A stretch of 64,000 nucleotides of DNA, taken from the NCBI GenBank assembly GCA_046293555.1, contig JBKBOT010000003.1, forward strand, positions 23,431-87,430. Reading direction: 5' to 3'. The translations under genes and the position numbers were made by a program. Under the pieces are notes generated by a model that worked only from the letters and a program-made list of their open reading frames with translations, was not told where the DNA came from and did no database searches. This document shows positions 41,922 to 52,187 of this stretch, one piece after another (positions within the stretch are counted from its first letter, which is position 1; every line of letters starts with the position of its first letter). Source of the stretch: Pyrobaculum sp. Lineage in GTDB: Archaea > Thermoproteota > Thermoprotei > Thermoproteales > Thermoproteaceae.

Positions 41922-43519
41922 AACAACATGAAGGCGGCGACGCCTAGACCCACGCCAGCTATATATAGATAGTACTCAAAAGACCTTCCCGACAGCAGGC
42001 CGGAAGTTCTTCTAAAAAGCTCGGGCACCCTGTCGTGAAGCCATAAGTCGGCTGCTTTTTCAAATATCATCACTGTGCTGTAGATCCCACTCCAGAACGA
42101 GGGAGCTCGTAACAATTGGCGATCCACAAAGGTGTCTATCTTTACCACAAGCCTCCCTACAGCGTTAAAGAGTTTTGGCATAACTAGGTCATATAACACC
42201 GGCAGGCCCCCCCTCCTGTAGAGTACCTCCACGTGGGGCAGATAGGCCAGAGCCAAGCCCCCAAGAGAAAAGGCCCAAAACGGGTTGATTAACGTCAACG
42301 TGGAGAAACTACCCGTAAAAACCAACGCCGCGTAGGGCCACGCCATGGGGCTCCAGTCGTAGACAGTTCTAGTCTTTAATATAAGCCGCCCGACGTAACC
42401 CGACGTGAGGAGAGAGAAAAATAAAAGCCACCACTCGGCCTCCGCCTTGGCCATAGCCCCCAGCGGCGTTATGCCCACTAATGTCAACAAGGCCACCCCC
42501 ATGGCTATTTTAGACACCAGGGGGTACCCCTCTGGCACTCTGCTGTGGTTTATATGTATGGCGTGGCCCACCGCCATGAATAAAGTGGCTTTAGCCACCC
42601 CATGTGCGTAAATTAGCCACAAGGCCTCCACGGGGTTCTTCAAGGCAAAGGCGGTGGTGAGGCCGAGGTAAGACGCCGTTGAGGCGGCCAGGAGGACTTT
42701 TGGCTCTCTCTGCCCTAAAGCCACCAGTCCGCCATATGCCGCGGTGGCTAGGCCAACTGTGAAGGCCACTTGCGCCGCCCATCCAGGCATCAAGGGTCCC
42801 AGCTTGAGGAGAAGTATTGGCCCCGCCTTCACCATTGTGGAGGAGTGCAACAAGGCGCTCACCGGCGTGGGTGCAGACATGGCTGTCATAAGCCAGTCTG
42901 TAAAAGGCAGCTGCGCCGCCTTGGCGAAAGCCGCGGTTAGTATTAAAGCTGCCGCCAGATCTGACAGACCGCCCCACTGGCTTATATACGGCGAATTGGC
43001 CGCCGCCTGTCCCAACCCAACCATCAACGCCGCCGTCCCCACCTCCACGGTTAGGATAGCCCTAAGGGCGGAGGCGCTGGGTGTCCACATCCAGCTTATG
43101 CCCCACCTCCCATCGCCTAGCCCCACCCTGCCGGCATCTTCCTCCTCTCTATACGTCAAGATAAGACCCCAGCTGGCCAGGTCGAGACCCCCCCACCCCA
43201 CCAACAGGAGCGCCCAGTGGTCCGCCGTGACGAAAGTTAACATCGATGCGTAAAATACGTCCATCCAGCCCCAGAACCACCCCCTCCTCTCTAGAGACTT
43301 GACGTAAAAAATGGAGTAGAGAGAAATGGCGAGATATATCAAGGAGATAAACAGAGTCAGCCCCCTCTCGACCTCCCCCAGTCTAAACAGGGTGGTGGCC
43401 GGCTGGCTGTGAGATAGCGCCACTGCGGTGGAGACAGCCACCGCGGCTATGCCCCTTTTGGTAAACAGATCTACTAACGCAGCCAGATAGGCCGCCAGGA
43501 TTAATAGCTCTAGTGCCAT
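41903..43519 (-). CDS. nuoL: Complex I-like antiporter subunit L (NuoL)
   Basis: AKAAQLPFTDWLMTAMSAPTPVSALLHSSTMV, HGVAKATLF. Confidence 0.92.
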   Translation of the reverse strand: MALELLILAAYLAALVDLFTKRGIAAVAVSTAVALSHSQPATTLFRLGEVERGLTLFISLIYLAISLYSIFYVKSLERRGWFWGWMDVFYASMLTFVTADHWALLLVGWGGLDLASWGLILTYREEEDAGRVGLGDGRWGISWMWTPSASALRAILTVEVGTAALMVGLGQAAANSPYISQWGGLSDLAAALILTAAFAKAAQLPFTDWLMTAMSAPTPVSALLHSSTMVKAGPILLLKLGPLMPGWAAQVAFTVGLATAAYGGLVALGQREPKVLLAASTASYLGLTTAFALKNPVEALWLIYAHGVAKATLFMAVGHAIHINHSRVPEGYPLVSKIAMGVALLTLVGITPLGAMAKAEAEWWLLFFSLLTSGYVGRLILKTRTVYDWSPMAWPYAALVFTGSFSTLTLINPFWAFSLGGLALAYLPHVEVLYRRGGLPVLYDLVMPKLFNAVGRLVVKIDTFVDRQLLRAPSFWSGIYSTVMIFEKAADLWLHDRVPELFRRTSGLLSGRSFEYYLYIAGVGLGVAAFMLLWIWTS

Positions 43520-44790
43520 AAGAGCGGCAGGGCTGCCAGTAGGACGTAAGGTAGGGCTGCTGTGAGCAACGTGGGGATGTACATATCTGATGCGAGCTGT
43601 ACCACAGCCGGCCCGGTCTTATATATGCGGTTTACCAAATAGAAGTTATACAGCGCGGTGCTGAACAACGCCGCTATTAGGACTAACGCCGCTGTGACGC
43701 CATGAGGCGCCCCTATGGCTAACAACGCCTTGCCTACTAGACTTAGCCCAAAGACTCCAGATAACGCCACAAATGTCAATATGCCGGAGGTGAGGAGCTG
43801 TGTGTTCCACCTCAGCTGGTCTAAATGCCGCGTGTGGAGATGTACGATATAGATGCCAGATAGCATAAACCCCGCCGCTTTTGCAAAGGCGTGGCCGGTG
43901 AACAAGATGGCTGTGGTCCAGTAGCCTAGCTCCCCATGTAGAGAGGCCGCGGAGACCAAAAGGCCCATGTTTGCTATTGTGGAGTCTGCCAGCGCCCTTT
44001 TTATGTCTACCTCTCTAAAGACCAATATGGAGCCGTAAATCGCCGTGAGTAAGCCATATATGTACAAGGCTTCAGGCGGCCAGCCGGCGCCCTCTTTTAG
44101 ACGCCACAACCAGTAGGCCATAAGCCCCACGTGGACTGGGCTTAACAGCGCCGAGAGTGGCGTCGGGGCTTCTGCATGTGCGTAAGGAAGCCAGAAGTGG
44201 ACGCCGAGAGTCCCCATTTTTATCAATAGCCCCAGTAAGACAAGTAATGAGGCCAGGCCGCCTGTCTGAAAGGCCGCGGCGTCAAAACGTCCAGACATGG
44301 CGACACCAATGAGGAAAAGGATAGAGCCCACCTGCGCCCATATGAAGTACAGGAGGCCTACAGCCCGTCTGTTCCCATAGCCGAAATACCAGATAAGTAG
44401 AAAGCTGGTAATTATGCTCAACTCGAGAGCTAGAAATACGAAGATAAGGTTTTCAAAAATTATGATAAACACAAAGGAGAGGACATATAGGGCATGTGAG
44501 AGGTAATACCACCTGTGGGCCCCCATGTGTTCCAGATATCTAGGGGCGTAGAAGGTGACTAAAAGCCCGAGGGCTATAGAGACGGCCACAAAAGGCAGTT
44601 TGTAGACATCTAGCGCCACGGCCACCTGGCCTATATAGGGCATGGTGGCTAACACAGCCCTCTGGCCTACGGCGAGATATAGAGCCATGGCGGCTATGGC
44701 CGCAGCGGCGGGCACAACTCCATATCTCATAGCCAACACAGAGAGGGCGGTGACCACCGCCGTGGCTAGTAGAAAGACCTCGCTATACAT
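43510..44790 (-). CDS. nuoM: Complex I-like antiporter subunit M (NuoM)
   Basis: IKMG..GVHFWLPYAHAEAPT, DIKRALA. Confidence 0.9.
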   Translation of the reverse strand: MYSEVFLLATAVVTALSVLAMRYGVVPAAAAIAAMALYLAVGQRAVLATMPYIGQVAVALDVYKLPFVAVSIALGLLVTFYAPRYLEHMGAHRWYYLSHALYVLSFVFIIIFENLIFVFLALELSIITSFLLIWYFGYGNRRAVGLLYFIWAQVGSILFLIGVAMSGRFDAAAFQTGGLASLLVLLGLLIKMGTLGVHFWLPYAHAEAPTPLSALLSPVHVGLMAYWLWRLKEGAGWPPEALYIYGLLTAIYGSILVFREVDIKRALADSTIANMGLLVSAASLHGELGYWTTAILFTGHAFAKAAGFMLSGIYIVHLHTRHLDQLRWNTQLLTSGILTFVALSGVFGLSLVGKALLAIGAPHGVTAALVLIAALFSTALYNFYLVNRIYKTGPAVVQLASDMYIPTLLTAALPYVLLAALPLLWH

Positions 44791-45019
44791 AACCCCCCCT
44801 CGCCATTTTGAACAAAGCCGCTACTAACAACAGGGTCTCTGCCACCCCCACGCCGGTGGCGACAGCCAGCATGTTTATATCGCGGATAGACGCCGCGGCA
44901 AATATTGCGGCTAGTACTAAAAGCTCCGACCCAATTACCACCCTCACCAGCGAGTTGGCGGTAGCCACCACGGCCAGTCCGCCTCCAGCTAGTGCCACAA
45001 TTAGCGCCAGTTCTATCAT
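44783..45019 (-). CDS. nuoK: Complex I-like subunit K (NuoK)
   Basis: Three short TM helices with conserved Glu residues (GSEL, VAE); position before nuoM. Confidence 0.8.
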   Translation of the reverse strand: MIELALIVALAGGGLAVVATANSLVRVVIGSELLVLAAIFAAASIRDINMLAVATGVGVAETLLLVAALFKMARGGYV

Positions 45020-45426
45020 ATGGATATCTCTACCGCCATTTTCAACATGTAGATAATAAACACGGCAAGTACTAGAAGTAGAGAGAGATCTAGCTCTGCG
45101 GAGACAATTGGTGGAGAGACAGCCCGCGTGGCGAGTAGCGGCGTGAAGACAACGGCCAGGCCTATCAAGGCGGAGGCGCGGAGTTTTACAGTCTTTTGGA
45201 CGTCGCCTAACGTGGCTGCGGCTATTATCACAAGAGTCAACGCCGCAACTATATACACCAGGGCGACTAGTATAAACGCCACGGCTCCTAGATATATGGC
45301 TGTGCCTATTGCCACCACCACGCCCAGTCCTGTCAGGAGGAGTGAGGCAAAGATGTTATCTCTAGTAGATAGGATCAGCCCAATAACTCCCAGAGAGGCT
45401 ATGAAAATCTCTACAACCATGGTCAT
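45016..45426 (-). CDS. nuoJ: Complex I-like subunit J (NuoJ)
   Basis: Five hydrophobic helices, LVYIVA motif; first gene of the run. Confidence 0.78.
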   Translation of the reverse strand: MTMVVEIFIASLGVIGLILSTRDNIFASLLLTGLGVVVAIGTAIYLGAVAFILVALVYIVAALTLVIIAAATLGDVQKTVKLRASALIGLAVVFTPLLATRAVSPPIVSAELDLSLLLVLAVFIIYMLKMAVEISI

Positions 45427-45606
45427 ATGTTGAGGACATTATTTAAACCTAGATAATTACCTCTTTAAAAAAGACTATAATCCTATTGAGAAATCTCGAA
45501 TTAACTATAATTAACAACAAAGACGCAATTAGAAACATAAATAATATTTCTCACAACGATTCCTACATATCATCAATATTTAAAAATACTTCAAAATTTT
45601 AGATAT
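45427..45606. promoter_or_regulatory. Divergent AT-rich promoter region between nuoJ and aor
   Basis: 180 bp, very AT-rich; TATA-like boxes about 25 nt from each start; TGAGAAAT/ATTTCTCA inverted repeat. Confidence 0.7.
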
Positions 45607-47451
45607 ATGGCGGTATTTAAAGTATTGAGGGTAGATCTGAGCACTGAGAAGATCTCTGAGGATGTGTATAAAGAAGAGGTAAAAAAGTTCGTTGGGGGGA
45701 GGGGCCTTGGGGCATATCTAGCCTTAAGAGAGCTCCCCAGGGGGATCGACCCGCTGTCTCCTTCCAACAAGCTATATGTCTTCGCCGGGCCGCTGTCCGG
45801 CACGGCGAACTTGGCCACAAGTAGGATAAACGTCGTGGGGAAAAGCCCCCTGACTGGGTCGTATACACACTCCAACGCGGGGGGCAACTTTGCCTACTGG
45901 CTTAGAAGAACTGGATACGACGGCGTGATAGTTGAAGGGAGGGCAGAAGACCCAGTCTACATCCTCATTAAAGACGGAGAGGTTTCCATAAGGCCTGCCA
46001 AACATATATGGGGCAAGTGGACTGGCGCGGCCACAAGGGCCATGTTGCAAGACGCCGGGCTTGAGCCAGACGAGAAAAAAGCGGGGGTTATGGCCATAGG
46101 CCCTGCGGGAGAGAACTTGGTGAAAATCGCCGGGCTGCGTTTTAGTGACTACGAGCGTTTTGCCGGCCGCGGGGGGCTTGGCGCCGTGGCTGGATCTAAG
46201 AGGCTAAAGGGAATTGTGGCGTGGGGCACACACGACCCCATGAGGGAGTTTGTAGATAGGCAGAAGTTCCTAAAGGTGGCTACTGAGTACTCCACAAAGC
46301 TCATGAATACAGCTACCTCAAAGGCGTTACATCAATATGGCACCAACCTGTTGGCAAACATCATAAACTCCATCGGCGGGTACCCCACTAGAAATTTCGA
46401 AACTGGCTATTTTGAAGAAACCGAGAAGATAAGTGGGGAATATGTAAAACAGAACTATGTAAAGGAGATCCACGGATGTACGCTCTGTCCGATACAGTGT
46501 ACACAGATGACTGCAGTCGACACGGGGCCCTTCAAGGTGGCTGGGGAGAAGATCAAATATGAATACGAGTCCACCTGGTCGCTTGGAGCAAACCTAGGAC
46601 TTTCCCAGACAGATGCCGTGCTTAAATTGGAAAAACTGGCTAACGAGCTTGGGATAGACACAATATCTCTAGGAAATACGCTGGGGACTTTTCTCGAGCT
46701 AGTTAAGAGAGGCAAGGTCAAATATGACGTAGATTGGGGCGACGCCGCCGTGTTGATCGACTTGGCGTACAAAACCGCATATAGAGACGGCATAGGAGAC
46801 GACTTGGCTGAGGGCGACTGGAGGCTGGCTAATAAATACGGGGCGCCAGACGCCTTTGTGGGCTCTAGGGGACAGGGCTATCCTGCCTACGACCCCAGGG
46901 CGTTAAAGGGCTTTGCCATCTCCTACGTAACTGCCAACCGCGGTGGCGACCACCTGGAGGCCTACTCGCCAACTTGGGAGGTGTTGGGAGTGCCCGAGAA
47001 GGTGGACCCGTTGTGTGAAACCCCAGAATGTATATCCAAACAGGTGAGACTTGTGGTATACGCCCAACACCTCATGGCGTTGGCAGACTCTGTAACATTC
47101 TGCAAGTTTGACACCCTGGATAAAGACGGCATATTTGAAAACCATATTGCAGACCTGTTTAACGCCGCCTATGGCTGGGATGTAACTGGCCAAGATCTGT
47201 TGACTATAGGCGAGCGTATCTTTAACGTAGAGAGGTTGTTCCACGTGAAGGAGGGGAAGTGGGTTAAAGACGAGCTTCCGCCAAAGATGAGAGAGCCCAT
47301 AAAGACGGGCCCCGCCCAAGGCCACACGGCGTCGAGGATGTTTGACGAGGGGATTAAGGAGTTCTACCAGCTGAGAGGCTGGGTTGACGGAAAGCCGACA
47401 TACGAGACGTTGAAGAGACTCGGGCTGGAGGAGTTCCAGTACCTACTATAG
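45607..47451 (+). CDS. aor: Tungsten-dependent aldehyde:ferredoxin oxidoreductase family
   Basis: KSPLTG, AGRGGLGAVAGSK, CTLCPIQC, EYES, GIDTISLG, YDPR, NRGGDH. Confidence 0.94.
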   Translation: MAVFKVLRVDLSTEKISEDVYKEEVKKFVGGRGLGAYLALRELPRGIDPLSPSNKLYVFAGPLSGTANLATSRINVVGKSPLTGSYTHSNAGGNFAYWLRRTGYDGVIVEGRAEDPVYILIKDGEVSIRPAKHIWGKWTGAATRAMLQDAGLEPDEKKAGVMAIGPAGENLVKIAGLRFSDYERFAGRGGLGAVAGSKRLKGIVAWGTHDPMREFVDRQKFLKVATEYSTKLMNTATSKALHQYGTNLLANIINSIGGYPTRNFETGYFEETEKISGEYVKQNYVKEIHGCTLCPIQCTQMTAVDTGPFKVAGEKIKYEYESTWSLGANLGLSQTDAVLKLEKLANELGIDTISLGNTLGTFLELVKRGKVKYDVDWGDAAVLIDLAYKTAYRDGIGDDLAEGDWRLANKYGAPDAFVGSRGQGYPAYDPRALKGFAISYVTANRGGDHLEAYSPTWEVLGVPEKVDPLCETPECISKQVRLVVYAQHLMALADSVTFCKFDTLDKDGIFENHIADLFNAAYGWDVTGQDLLTIGERIFNVERLFHVKEGKWVKDELPPKMREPIKTGPAQGHTASRMFDEGIKEFYQLRGWVDGKPTYETLKRLGLEEFQYLL

Positions 47452-47736
47452 GCCTTTTTCCCTCTTTGCCAGCTGTAAAAATTCCACCATTTTTTCCAAC
47501 GGCGTCTTTAGGGTGTAGAACTTTATGAGGTATTGGACCTCCCCGTCTTGTACCTCTAGACAGGTTCCACACAGCCTGTGGGCCAACTCGTCGAGCTTCT
47601 GGCTGGCATATCTCTCCGGCAGTTCCACCACGCCGCTTTTAGCAATAATGAGGGTATCTATGTTGCATGTACAGACTAGTTCTAACACCACCTCTTCCAT
47701 AAACCGCCTGGCGTCTTTCACCAAGATTCTTTGCAT
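47446..47736 (-). CDS. Hypothetical protein
   Basis: Convergent on aor; VCTC and LCGTC motifs; the start may be GTG 47721. Confidence 0.65.
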   Translation of the reverse strand: MQRILVKDARRFMEEVVLELVCTCNIDTLIIAKSGVVELPERYASQKLDELAHRLCGTCLEVQDGEVQYLIKFYTLKTPLEKMVEFLQLAKREKGL

Positions 47737-47761
47737 AAATAATATTAATTTATTTAGATTT

Positions 47762-48484
47762 GTGTATGCTGTCTACTACCGGCCAGATCTAGAAAAAGTC
47801 GCCGAGGAGGTCAAGGCGAAATACGGCATGGCTGACTTCCGCTGTGGTGGGGACTTCACACATGTGTTCATACTGGGCGGCGACGGCACGTTACTTGAAG
47901 CACTTCACCAACTTCCATGTATTCTAGACTCCACAGTGGTACATCTAGGCATGGGCGAGGTTAATTTCTACAGAAGTGCCAAGTTTGTAACTATTGAAGA
48001 CGCCGTGACCCATATAGAGGGGGGTAGATATAGGGTGGTTGAGCTGTCCACATTGGAGTCCATAAATTGCGTCGCCCTAAACGAGGTGGCTGTATATAGA
48101 AGGGAGCCGGGGAGGCTCCTGAAGTTTAGAGTGGCCATAGATGAGGGCGGGCTAGAGGGACGTGCAGACGGGATTATCATATCTACGCCACATGGCACCT
48201 CTGGATATGTCGCCTCCACCTTTGGCCCCATTGTGGACTACAGGGCGCCCGTCTTGGTTATCTCCTTTGTGGCTCCCTATACGTTATTTCTCCGCCCGTT
48301 GGTAACCACGGCAGATAGCGTGAAGGTGGAGACAAGAGAGGAGGCCGTCCTGGTGTGTGACGGTAGGGGCAGGGCTGTGGGGAGAAACTTCGTCGTGAGG
48401 CCCGGCGGGAAGAAGTTAAGACTAGCCATTTTCGACAACTTTAACTTCCTAGAGAGGGTGGCAGAGAGGTTCCGAAGCCTATGA
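47762..48484 (+). CDS. NAD kinase
   Basis: GGDGTLL, ALNE, ADGIIISTPHGTSGY; GTG start at 47762. Confidence 0.9.
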   Translation: MYAVYYRPDLEKVAEEVKAKYGMADFRCGGDFTHVFILGGDGTLLEALHQLPCILDSTVVHLGMGEVNFYRSAKFVTIEDAVTHIEGGRYRVVELSTLESINCVALNEVAVYRREPGRLLKFRVAIDEGGLEGRADGIIISTPHGTSGYVASTFGPIVDYRAPVLVISFVAPYTLFLRPLVTTADSVKVETREEAVLVCDGRGRAVGRNFVVRPGGKKLRLAIFDNFNFLERVAERFRSL

Positions 48485-48816
48485 GGTGCCTAGCTCTAGA
48501 CGCCTCCGCGTTTATCCACGGGAGAGACCTCAGGATCTTTGCCGACGCCATCTTGTATACCGCTGGGGAGGTTGTAGAAGAGCTAAGAGACCCCAGGGCG
48601 CAGGCCGTTTTAGATATATTAAAGGTGGAGGTGGTGGAGGCAAGTGGTGAGAAGGTGAGGGAGCTAATAAGGCGGTTTGGGCTAACTAGGGCAGACGCCG
48701 CCGTGTTGGCTGTAGCTCTCGAGAGGGGATGTACGCTGGTGACAGACGACGGGAGGCTAGCCTCTGTGGCCAAGAGGCTGGGGGTAGGGGTGGAGAGGAT
48801 TTTCTACAGGAAATAG
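48481..48816 (+). CDS. PIN-domain (Nob1-like) ribonuclease
   Basis: ALDASAFI, VVEEL, LTRADAAVLA, LVTDD. Confidence 0.85.
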   Translation: MRCLALDASAFIHGRDLRIFADAILYTAGEVVEELRDPRAQAVLDILKVEVVEASGEKVRELIRRFGLTRADAAVLAVALERGCTLVTDDGRLASVAKRLGVGVERIFYRK

Positions 48817-49520
48817 AGGTAGAGGAACTTATAGAGGTAGGACCCCCCAGCCGCCGCCAGTGGGATGGTGAGGTTGTCCTCCGGGCTCACCAGATCTGCG
48901 ATTATAACCAACGTTGTTATCAATAGGGAGGCCTCTAGGGGGTACCCCGCCGCAGTGAGGACAAGGGTGTTAGCCGCCGCACCTGCCAAGGTGCCGGGTA
49001 GCGTGGCCTTGCCGGCAACTGGCCTGCCGCGTAGCGCCGTGCCCACCACGGCGCTTACTGAGTCATATACGGCGAGACTGATAACCGACGCCGGGAAGTG
49101 CTCCCTCCCGAATAGGACTAACGCGGATAAAAACCCGAGGGCGCCCATTATAATGCCGAGATATCCATGTCGCTTCTCGTAATCCCTCTCGGCGGCTGTG
49201 ATAAGCTCCTCTATTTGCCTCAAGGCCCTCTGGTACTGACTCTTTAACTCAGGCTTGTCTAGTGGGAGGAGGTGTTCAAGTCTGTTAAAGACGTCCTCAA
49301 GAGACTTAAAGAAGTTTTGTCTAAATTCTTCCCATAACGCCGGCTGTCTCACCTGTATGGAGTACAAAACGCCGCTTATGAAAGCCAGCAACGAGAGGTA
49401 TACCTCCAGTGGTATTTCTGTAAGGAGTGGTACAGCCACTAAAGCCACGAAGAGTACGTGGAACGACTTTCTGGCTAGAAGTCTGTATAGTTCCTCCCAC
49501 CGTGTTACCGTGGTGGACAT
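48804..49520 (-). CDS. Polyprenol kinase / CTP-transferase family membrane protein
   Basis: RKSFH, D..SAVVG, KATLPG, EDNLTIP. Confidence 0.78.
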   Translation of the reverse strand: MSTTVTRWEELYRLLARKSFHVLFVALVAVPLLTEIPLEVYLSLLAFISGVLYSIQVRQPALWEEFRQNFFKSLEDVFNRLEHLLPLDKPELKSQYQRALRQIEELITAAERDYEKRHGYLGIIMGALGFLSALVLFGREHFPASVISLAVYDSVSAVVGTALRGRPVAGKATLPGTLAGAAANTLVLTAAGYPLEASLLITTLVIIADLVSPEDNLTIPLAAAGGSYLYKFLYLYFL

Positions 49521-49957
49521 ATCCCAATAGTTATCCTCACTGGGGCCCCCTCTTTTAGTATCTTTACGAGCTCTCTCCTGAGCCCCGCCGCCGCCTTGTT
49601 TATAGCTATAGCCACCGTGGAGCTATCCACGTATGCGCTCCGCCTGGCCACAATACGCCAGGTGGAGGTAGGCGCCGTGAGGGGGGTTAACCCCTCTACG
49701 TAATCCCACACGGAGCCTGTGTCTATTATCAACGCCACTCTTCCGGGTCTAGCCAGGGCGTGGAGAAGCTCTTCTCCTAGCTCTCCAGCCGCCTTTTCTG
49801 CACAACACGCCACAATACAGTCGCCTCTCTTTGTCACATAGGGGTCTTTAGTTATCTCTAGCGTCTGCCTATTTTTCGCGGTGACGTTTGGGTGGCCTCT
49901 TGCGGTAAATACCGTGTGGAGTGCCTCCTGTCTAAAGACGGCGTCTATACACGACAT
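49505..49957 (-). CDS. DUF371 family protein
   Basis: ARGHPNVTA...TLEITKD...GDCI...RRS...KAA. Confidence 0.87.
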   Translation of the reverse strand: MSCIDAVFRQEALHTVFTARGHPNVTAKNRQTLEITKDPYVTKRGDCIVACCAEKAAGELGEELLHALARPGRVALIIDTGSVWDYVEGLTPLTAPTSTWRIVARRSAYVDSSTVAIAINKAAAGLRRELVKILKEGAPVRITIGICPPR

Positions 49958-49986
49958 GTTATTTATAGTAGCCACATTTTTAATAC

Positions 49987-51105
49987 ATGGACGTTGAGAC
50001 TCGCCTATCTTTGGTCTTGCGGTACCCCACAGAGGAGGTGATAACCGTGGAGGAGCTGAGGGAGCTTTTTCAAGCTGGCTACAAGTTGAATCACTACATC
50101 GGGTTTGAGATAAGCGGCTTTATCCACATAGGGACGGGGGTTGTGAGTATGTCCAAAGTGGTGGACCTGCAGAAAGCTGGCGTTAGGACTACCGTGTTTC
50201 TAGCCGATATACACTCCTGGCTTAACTACAAGCTTGGGGGGGATCTAGACACCATCAGGAGGGTGGCGGTGACCTACTACAGGGAGACCTTTAGAAAGAT
50301 CGTCGAGACTCTAGGCGGAGATCCAGATGCCGCCAGGTTTGTGTTGGGGTCCGAGCTGTATCACCACAACGACGAGTATTGGCTTCTCCTCATGGACGTC
50401 ACGAGACATGTGACTCTCTCACAGGTGAGACACAGCTTGACCATCTTGGGGAGAAAGATGGGCGACTCTATCCCCCTGGCGTATTTGGTCTACCCCCCGC
50501 TCCAGGTGGCAGACGTCTTCGCGCTGGAGGCCCACATACCTCACGGCGGCGTGGATCAAAGGAGGGCGCACATCTTGGCGAGACAGGTGGCAGACAGGAT
50601 AAGATTCTACCCGTTGGTAGTTAACGGCAGGAGGATAAAGCCCGTGGCTCTTCACCACAGGCTCCTGCCGGCTTTAAACATAGCCGCCAAGCCCAACAGT
50701 AGGGAGGAGCTTAGCGAGTTGAAGATGTCTAAAAGCATCCCACAGAGCGCCATCTTTGTACACGACTCCCCAGAGGAGATAACACAAAAAATCCAGCGGG
50801 CGTACTGCCCGCCGAGAGAGGTGGAGTACAACCCGGTGTTGGAGTTGTTACACATCTCGGCCTTTAGAGAGGGGAGAAAGACGCCGCTTGTTATCAAACG
50901 TCCGGAGAAATACGGCGGGGACCTGGAGATATGGAGATATGAGGAGCTAGAGGCGTTATATAGGGAGGGGAGGATCCACCCGGCGGACTTAAAGACCGCC
51001 GCCGCGGAGTCGCTTATAGCATTAATTAGGCCTATCTATCAGTACTTCCAGGGGGCTGGCGGCAGGTTGTTAGAAGAGATGAAAAACATCGCTATTACCC
51101 GCTAG
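49987..51105 (+). CDS. tyrS: Tyrosyl-tRNA synthetase
   Basis: [36 protein letters not shown]. Confidence 0.95.
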   Translation: MDVETRLSLVLRYPTEEVITVEELRELFQAGYKLNHYIGFEISGFIHIGTGVVSMSKVVDLQKAGVRTTVFLADIHSWLNYKLGGDLDTIRRVAVTYYRETFRKIVETLGGDPDAARFVLGSELYHHNDEYWLLLMDVTRHVTLSQVRHSLTILGRKMGDSIPLAYLVYPPLQVADVFALEAHIPHGGVDQRRAHILARQVADRIRFYPLVVNGRRIKPVALHHRLLPALNIAAKPNSREELSELKMSKSIPQSAIFVHDSPEEITQKIQRAYCPPREVEYNPVLELLHISAFREGRKTPLVIKRPEKYGGDLEIWRYEELEALYREGRIHPADLKTAAAESLIALIRPIYQYFQGAGGRLLEEMKNIAITR

Positions 51106-52143
51106 ATATCTCAAAAAGTCTCTAACAGCCACCAGGCTCCTTAGGTCTGTCAACGCCGCTATTGCTAGAGACTTTAGATGGTCGTCGTAATCCACAGCCA
51201 CGTACTCCCCCCCGTCTAGCACTTGGAGCAGCCTGTCTACCAGCCTCTGGCCGTATAGAACTCTAAACGCGGCGAAGGAAAGCCTCAACCTCGCCCTCGT
51301 GGGTAATGTCCCCCACTCGTACCGCCGTGGTTCCCCCCTCTCTAAAGCCTCGGCGGCGGCCCAGCCGCTACGTAAAGCCAGCACTATCCCCCCGCCGCTT
51401 AGAGGCTTCACGAACCCCGCCGCGTCTCCCACCAGCACCACCCTGCCGTGAACTAACCCCCTCAGGGGGGGCCCCGCCAGCACCCCCCCGCCGAAGGGCT
51501 TGCCCAAAGGCTTGCCCTTCATTATCTTTACCAACTTGCCTAGTTTCTCCACCACGTTGCCCAAATCGGCTAGCCCCACCCTATATACCCCCCTGTCTAT
51601 CTCCACAATCCACGAGAAGTAGGCTTTAGACAGCTTCTGGTTGTAAACCACCGTAATGCCCTCTATATCCACATCGCTTTTTATATCCACCTGTAGCCCC
51701 GGGAGCCGCACTACGTGGCCGAAAGCCTTTGAAAGCCTTCTCGCCGCCCCCTCGGCCACTACAATGTAGTCATAGGGCCCAAGCCGTTCCCCCTCTGTGG
51801 TGTATAGATACCTACCCTCGACGCGGTCTACCCTCCTGTTTAGCCCTATTGACGGCAGCTGGCTGGCTAGCCACAGCTCCAAGCCGGGTCTATCTAGCAG
51901 GTATATACCCCCCCTCACCCGAAAGCGTATCTCCCGCCTCTCCAGGTCTGTCACCACCAGCTCGCGGTATTTATTCAACACGATGCCGTTTGGCACTACC
52001 CCCTCCGCAGCTCTGCCGCTGACCAAACTTGTGCAATGTCTAGGCAGACCCACCTGTGGGTGCTCCTCGAATATGTCCACATCTTTAATCCTTGTGGCGA
52101 AGGCAAGTCCTGCAGGCCCTGCGCCCACTACGGCTATATGCAC
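51070..52143 (-). CDS. Geranylgeranyl reductase-family FAD oxidoreductase
   Basis: [31 protein letters not shown]; GTG start at 52143. Confidence 0.85.
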   Translation of the reverse strand: MHIAVVGAGPAGLAFATRIKDVDIFEEHPQVGLPRHCTSLVSGRAAEGVVPNGIVLNKYRELVVTDLERREIRFRVRGGIYLLDRPGLELWLASQLPSIGLNRRVDRVEGRYLYTTEGERLGPYDYIVVAEGAARRLSKAFGHVVRLPGLQVDIKSDVDIEGITVVYNQKLSKAYFSWIVEIDRGVYRVGLADLGNVVEKLGKLVKIMKGKPLGKPFGGGVLAGPPLRGLVHGRVVLVGDAAGFVKPLSGGGIVLALRSGWAAAEALERGEPRRYEWGTLPTRARLRLSFAAFRVLYGQRLVDRLLQVLDGGEYVAVDYDDHLKSLAIAALTDLRSLVAVRDFLRYLAGNSDVFHLF

Positions 52144-52187
52144 ATATGGCGGGGGCTGTCTATATAAATATCTGCCCCCCTCCACAT

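Noticed and set aside
48481-48816. VapC toxin of a toxin-antitoxin pair
   Set aside because: No antitoxin-like gene is adjacent; it is coupled to NAD kinase and its motifs fit a Nob1-type PIN.
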